Source of the DNA: Phallusia mammillata
Lineage: Eukaryota
Direction: 5' to 3'
Length of the DNA stretch: 64,000 bases
Assembly: GCA_965637545.1 (NCBI GenBank)
Contig: OZ281495.1
Location: 21,452,001 to 21,516,000, forward strand
Below are positions 62,394 through 64,000 of the stretch, piece by piece (positions within the stretch are counted from its first letter, which is position 1; the number at the start of each line of letters is the position of its first letter). The position numbers were made by a program, and so were the translations under genes. The notes under the pieces are model-generated. The model was not told the origin of the DNA, did no database searches, and worked only from the letters and a program-made list of their open reading frames with translations.

Positions 62394-63967
62394 ATGTTTC
62401 GGTTTCCATCGAGAAACAACAACATTTGGACGGCCATTTTAGTGGTGTATTGTTTTTTGGCAGTGTATTATATTGGTTTGATTACACCGAACAACAGAAC
62501 AGTTTCTTCGCCAGCAACAAACGAAGATCTCAATTATGAGGTTAAAGCAGAAATTCCGCGAAAAGAAATAGTAAGTGCTTCTTTAATGCCTTAATTTTTA
62601 TTCACATAACATCTCGTTTAACTGCAATCCTAAAACAAACAAAACTTAAGAAGTTTGTTGATTGCATATTCACGAGTAAAATAAAACAAAACAGTAAGAA
62701 TGTGGTATAAACATATATACTTGTACATATTTCAAGCAAATCATTTGCTGCATATGTCATGAAGTAAGGTTTGGGCCTTGTAGGTGTAAAAATGTTATGT
62801 CTTATAAAGGCTGTTTATTTTTCAGGTGAAAAGTAAAGATGAAACCATTGTTCAAAACGTTAAACATTACACGGAGCAACGAAGTGAAATACAAACATAC
62901 GAACACCCATTGCAACCTAACTTTGCCTTATCGGGTGGTTTGCGAACTCCAAGACCCGGATATAAGCTCGGAAACATAAAGAAAGGGTCGAAGGTGGTGA
63001 TTGGAATCCCGACAGTGAAGGTACAGCTAACGGTTTTAAAAATACAAGTCACCATCTTCAATCAAACTGCAATGGAAGAACGATTGCGGCAAATTTTCGT
63101 GCAACTCATTTGCAAAGCAAGCTATCGATTTTTGTTTCTTGTTGTTTATTAGCGTGAGGGAAAGAATTACTTGCCTGGTACAGTCCATTCCCTCCTGCTC
63201 AGCTTAATCCCCCGGCGAGCTGACGTGCGGATTGTTGTTTTTATTGGTGAAATCGATCCCTCGTTTATTCGTGAGCAGGCCAATATAATTGCGGAAAAAT
63301 TCCCAGAGCAAATCGAGGATGGAACCCTGGAGGTAAAAATTTTACATAATACTCATAGGATTTTAATTATGTGTAAAACATTGCATGCATTCCAATGGAA
63401 GCACTTTGATTTGCATTAGAACTGTTGTCAAATTTACATTCAATACGGTTTGCAAACTATTAAACTGAAAGTGCTGTCAATATGGGCCCTTACATTGTCT
63501 TTCAATTTTATTACAAAGGTTATAAGTCCTCCGACAGAGTACTACCCTGATTGGTCAAAAGTTCTACCACTGACTTTTGGCGACAGTTTTGAAAGAGTCA
63601 AATGGAGATCCAAACAAAACTTGGACCAAATTTTTCTCATGATGTACATTTACAATCTAGCCCCGGAATTTTACTTAATGATGGAGGATGACGTTATAGC
63701 TAGCGAGGGTTACATGGAGAAAATTATGAAGGTAGTACCACTTGTACAAAAGGGTAATGATAATGGGTGTACAATATAAGCCTTGAAACTTTACGCATTG
63801 TGTTGTGTTATTGCAGTATGTGGAAGAAATGTCCAACGACGATTGGTTTTACATTTCTTTTTGTAACCTTGGAGCTATTGGAAAGCTGTTTCAACACAAT
63901 GCGCTTCCACCGTACTCCACATTTTTGCACATGTTTTGGAATCGAAAACCCCTTGACTGGTTACAGG
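62394..63967 (+). CDS. MGAT4: MGAT4-family alpha-1,3-mannosyl-glycoprotein beta-1,4-GlcNAc transferase (GT54), 3'-partial
   Basis: Type II TM N-terminus; VVIGIPTVKREGKNYL..T..SL, IVVFIGE, GTLEVISPP..YYPD, TFGDS.ERVKWRSKQNLD, YLMMEDDV, LGAIGKLF, KPLDWL; last visible donor at 63967. Confidence 0.92.
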
Positions 63968-64000
63968 TAAGCAAAAAAGGAAACTTCCTCATTTTTACAT

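Noticed and set aside
1-64000. Spliced-leader RNA, snRNA or rRNA genes
   Set aside because: No recognisable match seen by eye on either strand.

Overview
Eukaryotic (metazoan) genomic DNA: AT-rich, compact, many ~50-120 bp GT-AG introns; an ascidian/tunicate-like genome is my inference, not proven. Recognisable genes, all on +: 3' end of EIF3C, TBP, ALDH4A1, CBL, GANAB, ABHD11, KLHDC2-like, STX5 and the 5' part of an MGAT4-family gene. On - there is a well-supported 3-exon 110-aa single-TM gene (53567-54113) and a probable 2-TM gene (47468-48972); the ORF track misrepresents both. Between CBL and GANAB is a ~10 kb nested transposon island: a decayed BEL/Pao LTR retrotransposon (-) split by a Penelope-like insert carrying a minimal hammerhead motif, by a CACTG-ended EnSpm/CACTA element (which itself holds a MITE with a 9-bp TSD and a multi-exon second gene), and by hAT fragments. 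About a dozen hAT/Tc-mariner MITEs and two tRNA-derived Pol III-type elements are scattered through the window. Exon boundaries were reconstructed by eye; family names come from motif recognition, and no database searches were run.
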